A DNA stretch of 64,000 bases from Eledone cirrhosa (Eukaryota). Every line of letters starts with the position of its first letter. Within the stretch, counting starts at the first letter, position 1. The stretch lies in contig OZ024764.1 of assembly GCA_964016885.1 (NCBI GenBank), positions 22,444,001 to 22,508,000 on the forward strand. The letters run 5' to 3'. The notes under the pieces are model-generated. The model did not search any database. It had not been told where the DNA came from and saw only the letters and a list, made by a program, of their open reading frames with translations. Positions 11,782 to 25,597 of this stretch are shown one piece after another. Made by a program: the position numbers and the translations under genes.

Positions 11782-14700
11782 GACAAATTCACCTCGTGGA
11801 CGAGAATGCGAGCACTCCTCTTTGTTTCGACCGCGGACGGCTAACATAACCCCATCCCCGCCGTCCCCCACTGCCCGCACCCTCCAAACGCAATCCAAAA
11901 CTTCAGAGTTGGTACCATAAATGTAGGCACCTTAAAGGGTCGCGCTAACGAGGTTGTAGAATGCTTGAACGTAAGGAGGTCGATGTTTGTTGTAATCAAG
12001 AGACCAGGTGGAGGGGTGGGTCTGCTAGATTCATCGTGGGTAAAGAACGATGCTATAAGCTTTTCTGGGTGGGAAACGACGATGGGCTGGGTGGAGTAGG
12101 AATCATGGTAGCAGAAAAGTGGGCAGATAAGATAATAGACGTAAATAGAGTGAACGACAGAATAATTAAAATAAGACTTGTCCTCAATAGAACTACGGTG
12201 ACAGTAATATCTGCGTACGCGCCCAAATCCGGACTGCCTGGCGCTATAAAAGACAGCTTCTATGAGACACTGATGCTCACTACCTCCCAAATAACCGACA
12301 GTGACTATATAATTATTGCAGGCGACCTAAATGGTCACGTTGGACAACATTGTGACGGCTACGACGAAGTCCATGGAGGCTATGGGTTTGGTACCAGAAA
12401 TGAGGAAGGCTCCAGAATCCTGAAATTCTGTGACGCAAATAACCTAACTATCTGTAACACTAACTTCAAATAACGTGACAATCACCTGATCACCTATAGA
12501 TCCGGGGAACACACAAGCCAGGTAGATTATATCCTTACCAGAAGACGTGACAAGAGTGTCTGTTGTAAACACTAAATCCCTCCCCCATGAAGAATGCACC
12601 TCCCAACATAGACTGATAATTAGCGACCTCATAGTCAGGACGAGACGTACTCGACAGCAGAAGAGGACTATCCTCAGGAGAAAAATATGGAAGCTAAAGG
12701 ACCCCACAGCCAGAAATAAATTTCAAAGCATATTACTTGATGCTTTCGACAGTAAGGAAGAGCATTTAGAGTCGGACAATATAGAGGGACAGTGGGAATT
12801 TCTGAAAGCAAACCTGCTGATGGCGACAGACGAAGTCTGTGGCTGGAGCAGGCCTGTTGGCAGGAGGAGAGTAACATGGTGGTGGAACAGTAAGGTGGAG
12901 GGGTCAATTAAGGCCAAAAAGCAGGCTTGGAAAGTATAGCGGGATGGGGGAAGTAGAGAAGACTATCAAGTGGCCAGGAGGGAAGCTAGGAGACAAGTGT
13001 ACTTTGCAAGAAGGGAAGCAGAGGAAAGAAAGTTCAAGCATGTTCTACAACGCGAGGACCAAAAACGTGAGGTGTTCAGGATTGCTAGGCAATGTGTCAA
13101 GGAAAACCGTGATATTGGTCGGGGAGAAGTGTGTACTTAATGATGACGGCGTACTTGCCATCACCGACGCTGATAAGAAGGTAGCTTGGCAGTGTCACTA
13201 TGAAAGGCTACTAAATGAGGAGAATAAATGAGAGAAAGACAGTCTCCCCCATATCGACCCAATAGAGGGACCAGCAGTGTTAGTCGAGGGTAGTATAATA
13301 AGTAAGGCCATCAAGGATATGAAGACGGGTAAGGCGGCTGGGCCTTCGGAAATAGTTGCTGAGATGCTGAAGGCATCTGGCACGGTGGGACACACCATGG
13401 TCACCCGGATAGTTAACCAAGTCGTACAGAATGGGGTTGTTCCGAAGGACTGGCATAGCAGCATCATCGTTAACTGTTATAAGGGTAAAGGAGATGCCCT
13501 AGATAGGAGTAACTATAGAGGCATTAAATTAATCGACCAGGTCATGAAGGTCACGGAAAAAGTAATAGCGCAACTAATCAGAGAGAGAATTGACCTAGAT
13601 GAAATGCAGTTCGGGTTTGTGTCAGGCAAAAGTACCACAGACGCTCTTTTCATTGTACGTCAACTACAGGAGAAGTACCTAGCTAAAGGTAAACCCCTCT
13701 ACTTAGCTTTTGTCGACTTGGAGAAAGCCTTCGACAGAGTCCCCCGTTCCATTATCTGGTGGGCCCTTAGAAAACTAGGTGTTGACGAATGGCTTGTGAG
13801 AGCTATACAAGCCATGTATAAAGAAACAGCCAGCAAGGTTAGAATTAACGAATATAGTGAAGAGTTTAGCGTAAAAGTTGGCGTCCATCAGGGCTCTGTT
13901 CTCAGCCCCCTACTATTTATTATTGCCCTTCAGGCTATAACAGAGGAGCTCAAGACCGGCTGCCCATGGGAACTCCTATACGCAGACGACCTGACACTCA
14001 TAGCTGAATCAATGGCCGAGCTAGAGAAGAAATTCCAAACATGGAAGCACGGCCTAGAATCAAAAGGCCTTAAAATTAACCTGGCTAAGACTAAAGTTCT
14101 AGTTTGTAGGAAAGAAAATAAGGCGGCGGTCCCTTCCGGGAAATGGCCATGCTCAGTGTGTAGGAAAGGCGTAGGTAGAAACTCCATTTTATGTCCCAAA
14201 TGCAAAGTATGGGTGCATAAAAGATGTAGTGGGATCACAGGTAAGCTAACTAAGAACATAGATTTTACATGTGGGCGGTGCTCTGGTGCAATAAGTAGCA
14301 GCGAGTGCCCACAAAATACTAGCTCTTACAACTGCGCAGAGGGCTCTATAGAAATAGTGGACAGCTTCCGTTTCCTGGGTGACAAAATCAGCAGTGGGGG
14401 AGGGTACTCTGAAAGTACAGTAGCTAGAGTCAGAACTGGATGGAAAAAGTTTGGAGAGCTTATACCACTATTAGCCGCTAAAGGGTTCTCCCTAAAAATG
14501 AAAGGCAGGTTGTATGATGCCTGCATACGAACAGCAATGTTGCATGGCAGTGAGACCTGGGCATTGTGTGCAGAGGATATACGCAGACTAGAGAGGAACG
14601 AAGCTTGCATGCTCCGCTGGATGTGTAATAGTAATATACGTGAACGGCAAAGCATAAACGAACTAAGGAAAAAATTAGAAATAAGAGGGATCAGATGTTG

Positions 14701-15321
14701 TTTACTCGAGAGAAGGCTACGTTGGTATGGACACGTGATGCGCATGAAAGTCGATAGCTGTATAACAAAGTGCAGGGCAATAAAGATAGACGGTAGCCAC
14801 GGAATAGGCAGACCTAGAAAATCCTGGGACAAGCTGATAAACTCCGACCTCACACACTTACACCTCTCCAAGACAATGTCACTGGACCGAGACCTTTGGC
14901 GGTACTCAGTAATAAAGAAGACCCGCCTTGCCTAAATACATAGTAAAACCTACTACAGCGAGTAGGCATCTCTAACAAAATACACACCCGTCCCCCCCAC
15001 CCCATCCACACCACCCCCTCCTATGTAAAGTTATGTTGGTGCCACACCATCCAGGCCGAAACAAATGAGATCGTGTAGGTGTCACGACAAAAAAACACAC
15101 AGTCCACGCTGTAATGTGGCCGTGTAGGTAACACAGTAAAAACCTCCCAGTTCCATACTGTAAATGTGGTTGGTGTTAGGAAGGGTATCCAACTGTAGAA
15201 AACCCACCAGACAGTCCTATGCGAGCAAGACAATCACTCTTGCCTCAAGTGGGTATACCCCCGTCCAAACCCATGCAAGCGTGGAACACGGACGTTAAAC
15301 GTTGATGATGATGATGATAAT
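11782..15321 (+). mobile_element. Near full-length RTE LINE (APE + RT + PHD-like finger), disrupted
   Basis: APE motifs (QETRW, SAYAP, GDLNGH), RT motifs (QFGF, VDLEKAFDRV, GVHQGSVLSP, YADD), C4HC3 finger after RT, (GAT)n tail. Several stops and frameshifts 5' of 13277. Absent from the other units. Confidence 0.92.
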
Positions 15322-15461
15322 GGGAGTGTCTCTCACAGACGCACACACACAAGTCTCTTGTTATAATTTTAAAATTTTTCGTTCAACAACACCACCAGCT
15401 TTCTTACTCTATCTCTCTCTCTCTCTCTCCCTCTCTCTCTCTCTCTCTTTATGAAGGTACC

Positions 15462-15969
15462 TGAAAAACCCCATATCTCGGGAACCTGTGCTCTGATTTA
15501 CATGAAACTTATTTTATCCCATCTGTATTCCCATTTCAGTGTCAACTTCCTTTCAAACTATTTCCCCATTATGCCCCGTTTTGGCTGTATTACATTACAG
15601 ACAAGACACAATCACAGAATTTTAGGTTTATAATGTATCATCATAGAGTAATACAGTTATTACAAGTTTCTGAGTATCTTATAATGTTCTTTTATTATTT
15701 GAGAATACCAGAGTATATGAAAAACCCCATATCTCGGGAACCTGTGCTCTGATTTACATGAAACTTATTTTATCCCATCTGTATTCCCATTTCAGTGTCA
15801 ACTTCCTTTCAAACTATTTCCCCATTATGCCCCGTTTTGGCTGTATTACATTACAGACAAGACACAATCACAGAATTTTAGGTTTATAATGTATCATCAT
15901 AGAGTAATACAGTTATTACAAGTTTCTGAGTATCTTATAATGTTCTTTTATTATTTCAGAATACCAGAG
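15462..15969. repeat. 256-bp direct tandem duplication of a minus-strand Helitron 5' part plus the ZNF acceptor
   Basis: 15462-15713 is nearly identical to 15718-15969. The first acceptor reads TTTGAG, the second TTTCAG (15959). Confidence 0.85.
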
Positions 15970-16165
15970 GACATTGGCATTAAAGAGCACGTTACATCAG
16001 ACATATCCTCAACATTAACCATTTCTAATGAAAGACACTAACCATCATTTTCAAATAATTTTGAAAACACTCAACACTTTGAAGTGATTTAGTAATATAA
16101 CTAAATTTCTCAGTATTAAGCTGTGAATTATGTGAGAAACTGATTGATATCTTTTAGTAGGAGAT

Positions 16166-17365
16166 ATGTCGAAAAATATAGTAAAATCAACATTCCACTG
16201 TGATATCTGTGGTAAATCATTCTCTCGTAGTGATAACCTAACTACTCACAAACGTATTCATACAGAAGAGAAGCCATATCAGTGTGATATCTGTGACAAA
16301 TCATTCAGTCACAGTAGTAACGTCAGAGTTCACAAACGTATTCATACAGGAGAGAAGCCATATCACTGTGATATCTGTGGTAAATCATTCAGTCGCAGTA
16401 ATACCTTAACTACTCACAAACGTATTCATACAGGAGAGAAGCCTTATAAGTGTGATATCTGTGGTAAATCATTCAGTTACAATACTAGCGTCAGAGTTCA
16501 CAAACAAATTCATACAGGAGAGAAGCCATATCGCTGTGACATCTGTAGTAAATCATTCTCTGACAGAAGTAGCTTCCTTAAACATCAACGTATTCATACA
16601 GGAGAGAAACCATATCAGTGTGATATCTGTGACAAATCATTCAGTCACAGTAGTAGCGTCAGAGTTCACAAACGTATTCATACAGGAGAGAAGACATATC
16701 ACTGTGACATCTGTGGTAAATCATTCAGTCAGAGTAATACCTTAACTACTCACAAACGTATTCATACAGGAGAGAAACCATATCACTGTGATATCTGTGA
16801 TAAATCATTCTCTCGTAGTAATAACCTAACTACTCACAAACGTATTCATACAGGAGAGAAACCATATCATTGTGATATCTGTGGTAAAACGTTCTCTAAA
16901 AACAATAACCTAACTACTCACAAACGTATTCATACAGGAGAGAACCCATATCATTGTGATATCTGTGGTAAATCATTCACTTGTAGTCAGCACCTAACTA
17001 CTCACAAACGTATTCACACAGGAGAGAAGCCATATCAATGTGATATCTGTGATAAATCATTCAGTGACAGTAGTAGCTTCAGAGTTCACAAACAAATTCA
17101 TACAGGAGAGAAGCCACATCACTGTGACATCTGTGGTAAATCATTCAGTCACAGAAATACCTTAATTACCCACAAACGTATTCATACAGGAGAGATACCA
17201 TATCACTGTGATATCTGTGGTAATTCATTCTCTCAGAGTAATCACCTAACTACTCACAAACGTATTCATACAGGGGAGAAGCGTTATCACTGTGACATCT
17301 GTGGTAAATCATTCTCTCCCCGTAGTAACTTAACCAAGCATGTGCGTATTCATACAGAAGTTTAG
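16166..17365 (+). CDS. C2H2 zinc-finger protein ZNF-2, 14 fingers, no effector domain
   Basis: Intact 399-aa ORF of 28-aa C-x2-C-x12-H-x3-H repeats with TGEKPY linkers; ends HTEV*. Confidence 0.92.
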   Translation: MSKNIVKSTFHCDICGKSFSRSDNLTTHKRIHTEEKPYQCDICDKSFSHSSNVRVHKRIHTGEKPYHCDICGKSFSRSNTLTTHKRIHTGEKPYKCDICGKSFSYNTSVRVHKQIHTGEKPYRCDICSKSFSDRSSFLKHQRIHTGEKPYQCDICDKSFSHSSSVRVHKRIHTGEKTYHCDICGKSFSQSNTLTTHKRIHTGEKPYHCDICDKSFSRSNNLTTHKRIHTGEKPYHCDICGKTFSKNNNLTTHKRIHTGENPYHCDICGKSFTCSQHLTTHKRIHTGEKPYQCDICDKSFSDSSSFRVHKQIHTGEKPHHCDICGKSFSHRNTLITHKRIHTGEIPYHCDICGNSFSQSNHLTTHKRIHTGEKRYHCDICGKSFSPRSNLTKHVRIHTEV

Positions 17366-18298
17366 CTGTGTCAATATCAACTCATTACATCATACTACTA
17401 CAACAAATGTGTAGATCCATCATCCTTGCTAAAACTGGGGATAACCTTGTAGGTTTTACCTAGGACAGGGATCATAAACACCAGGTTTCCATTTTTGAAG
17501 TAGTGTTTGAAGATTTTGTGTAAATTAAAGTTTTTCACATTAAACTTTGATTTATTATACTTTAACAGGTAAGATATATATTTGTATTTTTAGTAAAAGT
17601 TGGGAACTTCTGTAATTTGAACCTTCCAATAAAATGAAAACTTTTGTTGTTGTTAGTCAGACATTGTCTCAAATATCACAGATTAAACAGATTTTAACAA
17701 TAACAACAGAAATCAATAACTTGTAAGCCTAATATCTAGCTTCCATTTTAACTATTTGATATTGTTGTTCCCCTCCTGTCTCTTCAGGTCTTTTAGATTT
17801 CAACTTCTATCTACTGTACTATTCCATCACCAAGGCAACATTCATCTGGCTGGCAGCTTACATCAACTACAGATCTCCAACCCTTCTTTCTCCAGATAGT
17901 CTTGTATCTGTCAGTCCCTCTATATCTTATATTTAACAGGGAGATCTTTTACTCTCCAACCCTTCTATCTCCAGATAGTCTTGTATCTGTCAGTCCCTCT
18001 AGATCTTACACCTAGTATCTAGTCTATGTTGAGTGGTACGTCGTTCTCCAGTAAAGGAGTTAATATTCCCAACCATCTGTCTATCCTGTTTTCTGATGAG
18101 AATGAAGTCAATCTAGTTTATCTCTTCACCTGATTGAAGTAACTAGATCAAGTAACTAGATGCTTTCCTGTAAGTTAGTGTTGCAGTGTTTGTGTCACCA
18201 TGTAAGGTTTATATCTATTAATATAGAGATGTAGTAAAGTTTTCACTGTTGTATCTCTATTTTCTAAATATCTTAATAATGTTTCTCTACTATTTCAG

Positions 18299-18684
18299 AA
18301 TATCACATGACCTTGACAGAAAAGAGTCTTTTAAAGACAACAGAAAGATGTTACATTCAAGTGATATAAACTTGTTTAGTCTGTGGTGAATTATGGTGAA
18401 ATATTTCTTCTGAATTGAGATAAATAACAACATATTCCTTTTTCACTGTCTGGAATATTTACAAGATGATTTTACATTCTGATTAAACTTTGGATATTTA
18501 CAAAGGAGTTTTCAAAATATTTGGATATTGACAAAGATCATGTTTGATAAAATTATGAACAATAGAAATATTTACATCAACATAGGAATATTTTCCAGAA
18601 GAGATGGGAAAATCATTATACCACTGTAATATTTGTGGTAAAGTATTCTCTCTTCTTTATATGTAGAACATCTAACTAAACACT
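18299..18684 (+). pseudogene. Relic ZNF exon, copy 2
   Basis: Acceptor TTTCAG ends at 18298; MGKSLYHCNICGKVFS from 18604. Confidence 0.65.
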
Positions 18685-18794
18685 TTAACTAACAAACTAT
18701 TGTATTATAGAATTGACAAACTTGAGGAATGTTTAACAAATGTTACAGATTTCTCCAAACTGTCATTTACTAACTTTAATTTGAAGCTATATTA

Positions 18795-19185
18795 TCTATA
18801 TACTACTAAAACTCTGTGATTGTGTCTTGTCCGTAATTTAATACAGCTAAAACAGTGCATAATGGTGAAATACTTTGAAAAGAATAAAACAAGTTTTGTA
18901 TAAAATGGAGCTCAGGTTCCCAAGACACGGGGTTTTCTGGGTACCTTCATAAATATAGGGAGAGAAAGAGATAGTGGTTGTGAGAGTGAGGAGACCGATG
19001 GAAGAGAGAGAGAGAGAGCTGCTGGTGTTGTTTAATAAAATGTGTGCGTATATATATATACATATGTGTCTATATATATATATATGTCTGTATATTTTAA
19101 CTATTTGAAAATTATTTTTAATTGAACATGATTTTAAAATAATAGTTTTAAGGGAACGTGACCCAACAGATCGCGGGTGGTCTAG
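18795..19185 (+). mobile_element. Non-autonomous Helitron, copy 2
   Basis: A|TCTATATAC start, degenerate hairpin, CTAG|T end. Confidence 0.7.
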
Positions 19186-19592
19186 TTTGTTACTAAATAC
19201 TAGATATTAGAGGGTCATGTTGTTCTAGATGTGCTGGAAGAGCCATTCCATCTTGTGAGGTTCACACCAGCAGCTAGCCACCTCAGCACCTATGGTGGTA
19301 TATTTATTATATTATTTATTCTTTATCATTAACATTAATATAAAAGATAATTATATATTTTTAGAGAAGAACCTCTAACTTCATATAGCTTTGGGCTTCA
19401 GTAGGTAAAAGTCTGGCCCTGCTTGTCTTGTATTTTTTAGGGGAGAAGTTAGGGAATACTGTTATTGTGTGAAAGTTTTCTAAATCTTCTTCAGCCACTA
19501 ACATGGAGAAGATATTTCAGTAAGAAGGTTCACGTCCTGACATCTATAGCTGTTAACAATGAGATTGGAATTCATTATTAAACAAATGTTAT

Positions 19593-20990
19593 ATCATCAT
19601 CACTGTTTAACATCAGTTTTTCCACGCTGGCATGGGTTAGACGAGTTATCCTGTTGTAAGCAATGCCAGGTCAGGTGACCACGTGTTGCTCCTACAGAAC
19701 AAATTTTGGTTTGGTTTCTACAGCTGGATGCCCTTCCTAGCACCAACCTTAATTACATTGAGTACTGGGTGCATTTTACCATCTTACCATCACGACCACT
19801 TTACAGTGTAGGCTGGGTGCTTTTTGTAGTGACACCTACATGACCACTTTACAGTGTGGGCTGGTTGCTTTTTGTTGTGACACCTACATGACCACTTTAT
19901 AGTGTGGACTGGGTACTTTTTGTTGTGACACCAATTCAAAGTTTTGGCTGGGTACTTTTTGTTGTCACCTACATGACCACTTTACAGTCTTGGCTGGGTG
20001 CTTTTTGCTGTGACACCTACGCAACCGCTTTATAGTGTGGGCTGGTTTCTTTTTGTCATATCACCTACATGACCTGTTTATAGTATTGGCTGTGTGTTCT
20101 TTACAGTGTGGGCTGGTTTCTTTTTGTCATATCACCTACATGACCACCTTATAATGTTGGCTGTGTGTTCTTTGTAGTGTGGGCTGGTTTCTTTTTGTCA
20201 TATCACCTACATGACCACCTTATAATGTTGACTGTGTTCTTTACAGTGTGGGCTGGTTTCTTTTTGTCATATCACCTACATGACCACCTTATAATGTTTA
20301 CTGTGTGTTCTTTGCAGTGTGGGTTGGGTGCTTTTTGTCATATCACCTACATGACCAGCTTATAATGTTGACTGTGTGTTCTCTACAGTGTGGGTTGGGT
20401 GCTTTTTGTCATATCACCTACCCAACCACTTTGCAGTGTGGGCAGTGAAATATCAGTAATGCACCAGCTCCAATATTCAGTAATCAGAAGAAGGGAGGTA
20501 GGCATAAAAGCCAAACTTGCTGTCTTCAATTAGCTTTTTGTGCCAACCCTTACCTATGGTCACATATCTTGGGTAATGACCAAAAGAATATGATTGGGAA
20601 TACAAGTGGCAGATATGGGATTCCTCTGCAGGGTCTTTGAAAGAACGTTTCTCAATGAAGTGCATAGCTCTGAGATCAGAGAGTCACTCCAGGTGGAGCT
20701 GTTACTTCTCCGAATTGAGAGATCACAGCTGCAATACTATAGCCATGTGGTTAGAATGTCTGAGGAAAGAATCACTGGATAGATTTTACAGGCAAAACTA
20801 ACTGGCAGGAGACCCAGGGGTAGACCTGAGCAAGATGGTCACATAACATCCATGAGCTTGGCTGGTCTCTCTGGGAGATCCAGCCACATAAGTTGGAGTG
20901 GGTTGCTTCTGACAGGACCTGTTGAAGGGAGTGTTTGAGGACTCTGCCCCCAAGACCCTCTCTGGAATGAGTGGGTTAATAAGAAGAGGT
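19593..20990. mobile_element. RTE tail with expanded tandem repeats (-) plus RTE C-terminal fragment (+), copy 2
   Basis: Homologous to 4112-5330, with more tandem units. Confidence 0.7.
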
Positions 20991-21267
20991 TGAGGTTACA
21001 TCATCAACATCAGATTTCCCTGCTAGCAAGGGTTTAATGAGTCTACTTCAACCAAGTAAGTACTGAAGTGAGGCTACTGATCTCCCAGACAGACCAAGGA
21101 TCTGAGACTTATTTACATAAGGTCTCATTTGCTACTGAGTGCACAGAAAAGGTTGTCATGATTGAAGGGTTCTCCGACACTATTGTTGGGCAAGCTTTCT
21201 ATGGCTAGATGTCCTTCACATGACCAACCACATTACAGCCTGTGTTGGGTGTGTTTATCATGTAGGT

Positions 21268-23812
21268 GAGACATAACAAACTGAGGGTTCCCCAAGGGCC
21301 ACATAGGTCACGTGTTGTCTGAGGGTTGCACACTGCAACTAATTATGTACACGACAACTAATTAGTCATTTAATAAAATATATTGCAGAAAGATTTGTTA
21401 CTTAAATTTAGAAACATACATCATCATTCATCATCATCATTTCATTTTACGTCCGCTTTTCCCTGCTTGCAAGGGTGGGACGGGAACTGATTCTGGCTTG
21501 ATTTCTACAGCTGGATGCCCTTCCTAACACCAACCTCATTTACAGTGAGGGCTGGGTGCTTTTTTTCCGTGGCGCCTACACGACCACTTTACAGTGTGGG
21601 CTGGGTGCTTTTTTGCCGTGGCACCTCCACGACCACTTTGCAGTGGAATGATAGGGATCCCAGTCCCTATCATCTCATTTCTACAGCTGAGTAAACTGGA
21701 GCAATGTGAAATAAAGTGTCTTGCTCAAGGAAACAACACATCACCCGGTCTGAGAATTGAACTCACAACCTTTCAATTGTAAGTATCATCATCATCATCA
21801 CCGTTTTACGTCCGTTCTTCCACGCTAGCATCGGTTAGACGGGTATGTATGTATGTATGTATATATATATATATATTTATATTTTTATATATATATAAAC
21901 GCATTACACCTATCCATCATTTGAATATTTAAAATACAATGTACATACAAATGTTTTAGCAGCATTCATGAATACAAAGTAATGAAGTAGTTTGACAAAA
22001 AACTAAAATTTCACATGTCAACATATACTTGCAGATTGTAACAGCAACAAATACATTGTACACAAATAACAACAGTTGAAAACTGAACATTTATTTGCTA
22101 CTATTCAACCATTTTTAGTCTTTTGTGCTGAGGCTTGACACTTCTTTCTGTTGACTATTTTTGGTATATCTGGCTGAAATGTCTGTACAGTTCCAACTTT
22201 AATCAGAGATGACAAGTGTTGATCTGTCAGCCTTGTTCTCTGAGAAGTTTTTGTTAAGCAAAGTACAGACTCAGTATGGGCAGTGATTTTCAGCTCTTTG
22301 CACATAAGAAAATGAATTAAATTTTCATCTGACAACGGAGACTTCCATAAGCTAACTTTTCTAATGAAGAACTTGATGTCATCATACAACTGAGTGATGG
22401 GTTTGTTTTTACCTTGTAATTTCAAATTAAGATCAGTTAATCGTGCAGTAATATCCACAAATAAAGCCAGATGTTGGAGCCAACTTTCATCTTTTATTTC
22501 ACCTGTGTTTTGACCTTTCATCTCCAAAAACATAATTATTTCAACAAATAGAATTTTTTCAGCACTTTGTGACATGTCAACCAGCAGACTTCTGTGTAGA
22601 ATGGAACATCGGTGAACTGATTATCCATATCTTCCAACAACTGGCTGAACTGACGGTGGTTGAGAGCATGGCCTCTGATTTAGTTCACTGTCTTTGTGAC
22701 CAAGCTAAGCACATGATGCAATTTTAAAATCTTTGAACATAAATTTTGCTGAAATGTGCAAATGATGAATCTAAATATGAGTTTTCTATTTTTGTTTGTA
22801 ACTTGGCAGCAACACCATTATGTCTACCAACCATATTTGCAGCACTGTCAGTAGATAAACATGAAAATTTACTCAGATCAAAACCATGTAGACTCTGCTT
22901 GACCTTCTCAAAGATGTCCTGGCTTGTTATAGTGTCATGCATGGGGACCAGTTCAATCAGTTCTTCATAAATATTAAATTCACTGTCACAGGCCCTGATG
23001 AAGAATGCAAGCTGTACTATTCCAGTGGTGTCAACAGTCTCTTCAATAGCAATATAAACATGTTCAAACCTTGATGATACAGCCTTTAACTGTTGTTTCA
23101 GATCACCTGACATTTCATTAATCTGTTCAGCAACAGTGTTCCTGGTTAATGAAATGTCTTTGAATAACTCTGCTTTCTCTGGACAATTTCAGCTGTTTTT
23201 ACAAGACATTGCTTTACAAAATCTCCTTCACTCTAAGATTTCCCACTCATGGCAATCATTCGACTGAGTTCATAGCTGGCAGTAACAGAAGTGACATCCT
23301 CTTCCTGAATTAACATAAAACAGGTCTGTTGCTGTGTCAAGTTAGACTTCAATTCCTTGAGTCTTGAAACACACACTGGGCCTTCATATTTATTGTAAGA
23401 TTGATGGTTTATTTCATAATGTCTTTTTAAATAGTACTCTTTTGGCGTGGAGATGTAGTTGTTGCAAATTAAACAGTGTATCTTTCTGTTCATCATTGGG
23501 CAAAAATACTGTATTTCCCACTTTTCTTGAAACACTTGAACTTCTTCGTTCAATTTCCTTTTTCTCTTAGCTGGAGGAGCACTAACCATTTCAAAAACAA
23601 AATCTTTTGAAATTTTGAAAGAAAGTTTTCTGTTAATGAGCTGCACGTGATTAATGGAAGTTAAAAGTAGTTGACAAAATTTGCACAAAAAAAATAATTG
23701 TATCGAAAATGTTTTACATTTTATATTACGAAAATGAAACATGCTCGCACTGTAAAAACCTTAGTGTGGGCCGCAGGTTTGCTTGCAAAGGGCCGCATGT
23801 TTGACATGTCTG
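21268..23812 (-). mobile_element. hAT Buster/SPIN-like transposon, copy 2
   Basis: TSD ATGTAGGT at 21260-21267 and 23813-23820; same broken transposase ORFs. Confidence 0.9.
21421..21938 (-). mobile_element. Composite SINE/RTE-tail insertion nested in hAT copy 2
   Basis: Two (CAT)n-tailed RTE ends flank a tRNA-SINE piece (GTGTCTTGCTCAAGG); bounded by ATACA; absent from other copies. Confidence 0.7.
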
Positions 23813-23899
23813 ATGTAGGTTACCAACACTAGGGAGGGCAGCATGTCCATCAGTGTCTTCTGCTACATTAACTACCTGACACAAAGACTACATTTCAAA

Positions 23900-24362
23900 G
23901 AAGGGTCATAAAAGAACTAAATACGAAAGTACCCACAGCAACAAGCAAATAATTGAACTTTGGGTCTAGGTCAAGGGGCAGAAGTGCTGCGCCCTGTGGA
24001 TAAGACTGCAAAAGTATTCACCCCGGGCGATGGACAGTGACACCCACTGCAACAGCCACCCCAACCTCATGGGACTCCCTCTTCAGAAGGGCCACCAACG
24101 TTCTGATCTTACAGAGGAGCTTGGCAGTACGGGGTCCAAGTACTTCTAAGGTCTGGATGGTGACCAGTGTGAAGAGACCTACAATTGATGTCATCCCAGT
24201 TATGTTGGACTGTAATATACTGGGGTATAGAGAGGCCTTAGACTGTCTCAGCCGGGCCACCCAGGGTTGTGTCATCTAGGTACCAGACAGGGGTAACTAG
24301 ACCATGTTGTCAACTGTCAACACCAATAGGAGTGACGCGACTGGGTCCCCATGCTAGACACC
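23900..24362 (-). mobile_element. CRE-clade LINE fragment, copy 2
   Basis: The reverse strand gives VWYLDD at about 24270-24290. Confidence 0.65.
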
Positions 24363-24606
24363 ATATATAAAACGTATTTGCTAATTACTTTAGTGAATAA
24401 TTTGTTTCATACGTAATTATTACTTTTAACACAATAGGATTTTGTACATGTGTTTGTTTGAAAACATCTTTCAAAGAAGTATGAGACAGTCTTTTGTCGT
24501 GTTTATTATAATAAATTACTGTATGTTGAGCTGTTTTAACTTCTCCACCTTCTATTATTTTATAATGTTTTTGTAAAAAAACGATATCTTTTTCATATAT
24601 ATATAT

Positions 24607-24730
24607 GAAGGCGTGTGGCTGAGTGGTTATAGAATTGGATTCGGAATTGTGAGGTTGTGAGTTCGATTCTCAGACTAGGCGATGCGTTATATACTTGAGC
24701 AAGACATTTTATTTCACGTTGCTCCTTCTA
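24607..24730 (+). mobile_element. tRNA-derived SINE, copy 2
   Basis: A and B boxes as at 8466. Confidence 0.75.
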
Positions 24731-25597
24731 CCTGGAGTTGCGACCGATAGATAGTATTAGCAATTGGAAAGACCAATGGAAACATTGTTTCCTCGGTCCG
24801 ATTTGACGAAAAGTCGATCATAAAAAATATATATAGAGAGAGAGAGAGAGAAACACACAAACGTACACTACTGTATTAAATATGTAAGGGGTGACAACTC
24901 TCGTTACATCCACCCTTCTTTTTGATATACGTTCTTTAGATACTTTGTACAATAGAACCTGCTTTATTTTGTGTCCTAAGTAGATTTCTGTTTAAGTATT
25001 TACGAGATTCACAATGATTCACGTAACCAAGTTACTTACATAGAGATATATTTCACATAGAATCACAACAAATGAAAATATTAAGTCAACACTCTGTCAA
25101 TCAGTCTCACATCACATGGGGTGCCGGAGTCTCCTTCTAATTCTTTCTTCGACAGTCTTACCTCGAGTGATAGCAAGGCTAAGATGTTGGAACTACCAAA
25201 CACCCTCATATGTATCACCTGACACCTCGGTAAGGAGAGCTGCCAACGATAACAAGAACCTCGTTGTCAGGGACCTATCTCCTCCAAACTTCTCCAACAC
25301 CACAGACTAGAATATTCTACTCTTTATTCCCTATCAAATATATTTCAGTCTAGTCATTTATCTTGTATCTTGTATATGTATTTTCAAAACTAACTGTCAC
25401 ATTTGTGAGACCCCAGTTAGTGATGTTTTCGTCTCCATCCTACATGCTGTAGTAAAAGTGAGGGTCACTGCTTCTGTAGACGAACGAAATAAAAGTTAAA
25501 CTACCAGTAATTATCGGCAAAGTATTTATTCCAGTCTGTGATGTTTGAGAAGCTGGGCTGCTGACAACGAAGTTGTGGTCACTGTTGGCGGCTGGCT

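Noticed and set aside
16452-16745. Alternative-frame ORFs in ZNF exons (also 52256-52549)
   Set aside because: These are typical shadow frames of C2H2 arrays, with GTG starts.
25116-25310. 64-aa ORF MGCRSL... recurring at 40303 and 60278
   Set aside because: Recurrence is explained by recent duplication; it is frameshifted in unit 1 and lies in an LTR-like repeat.
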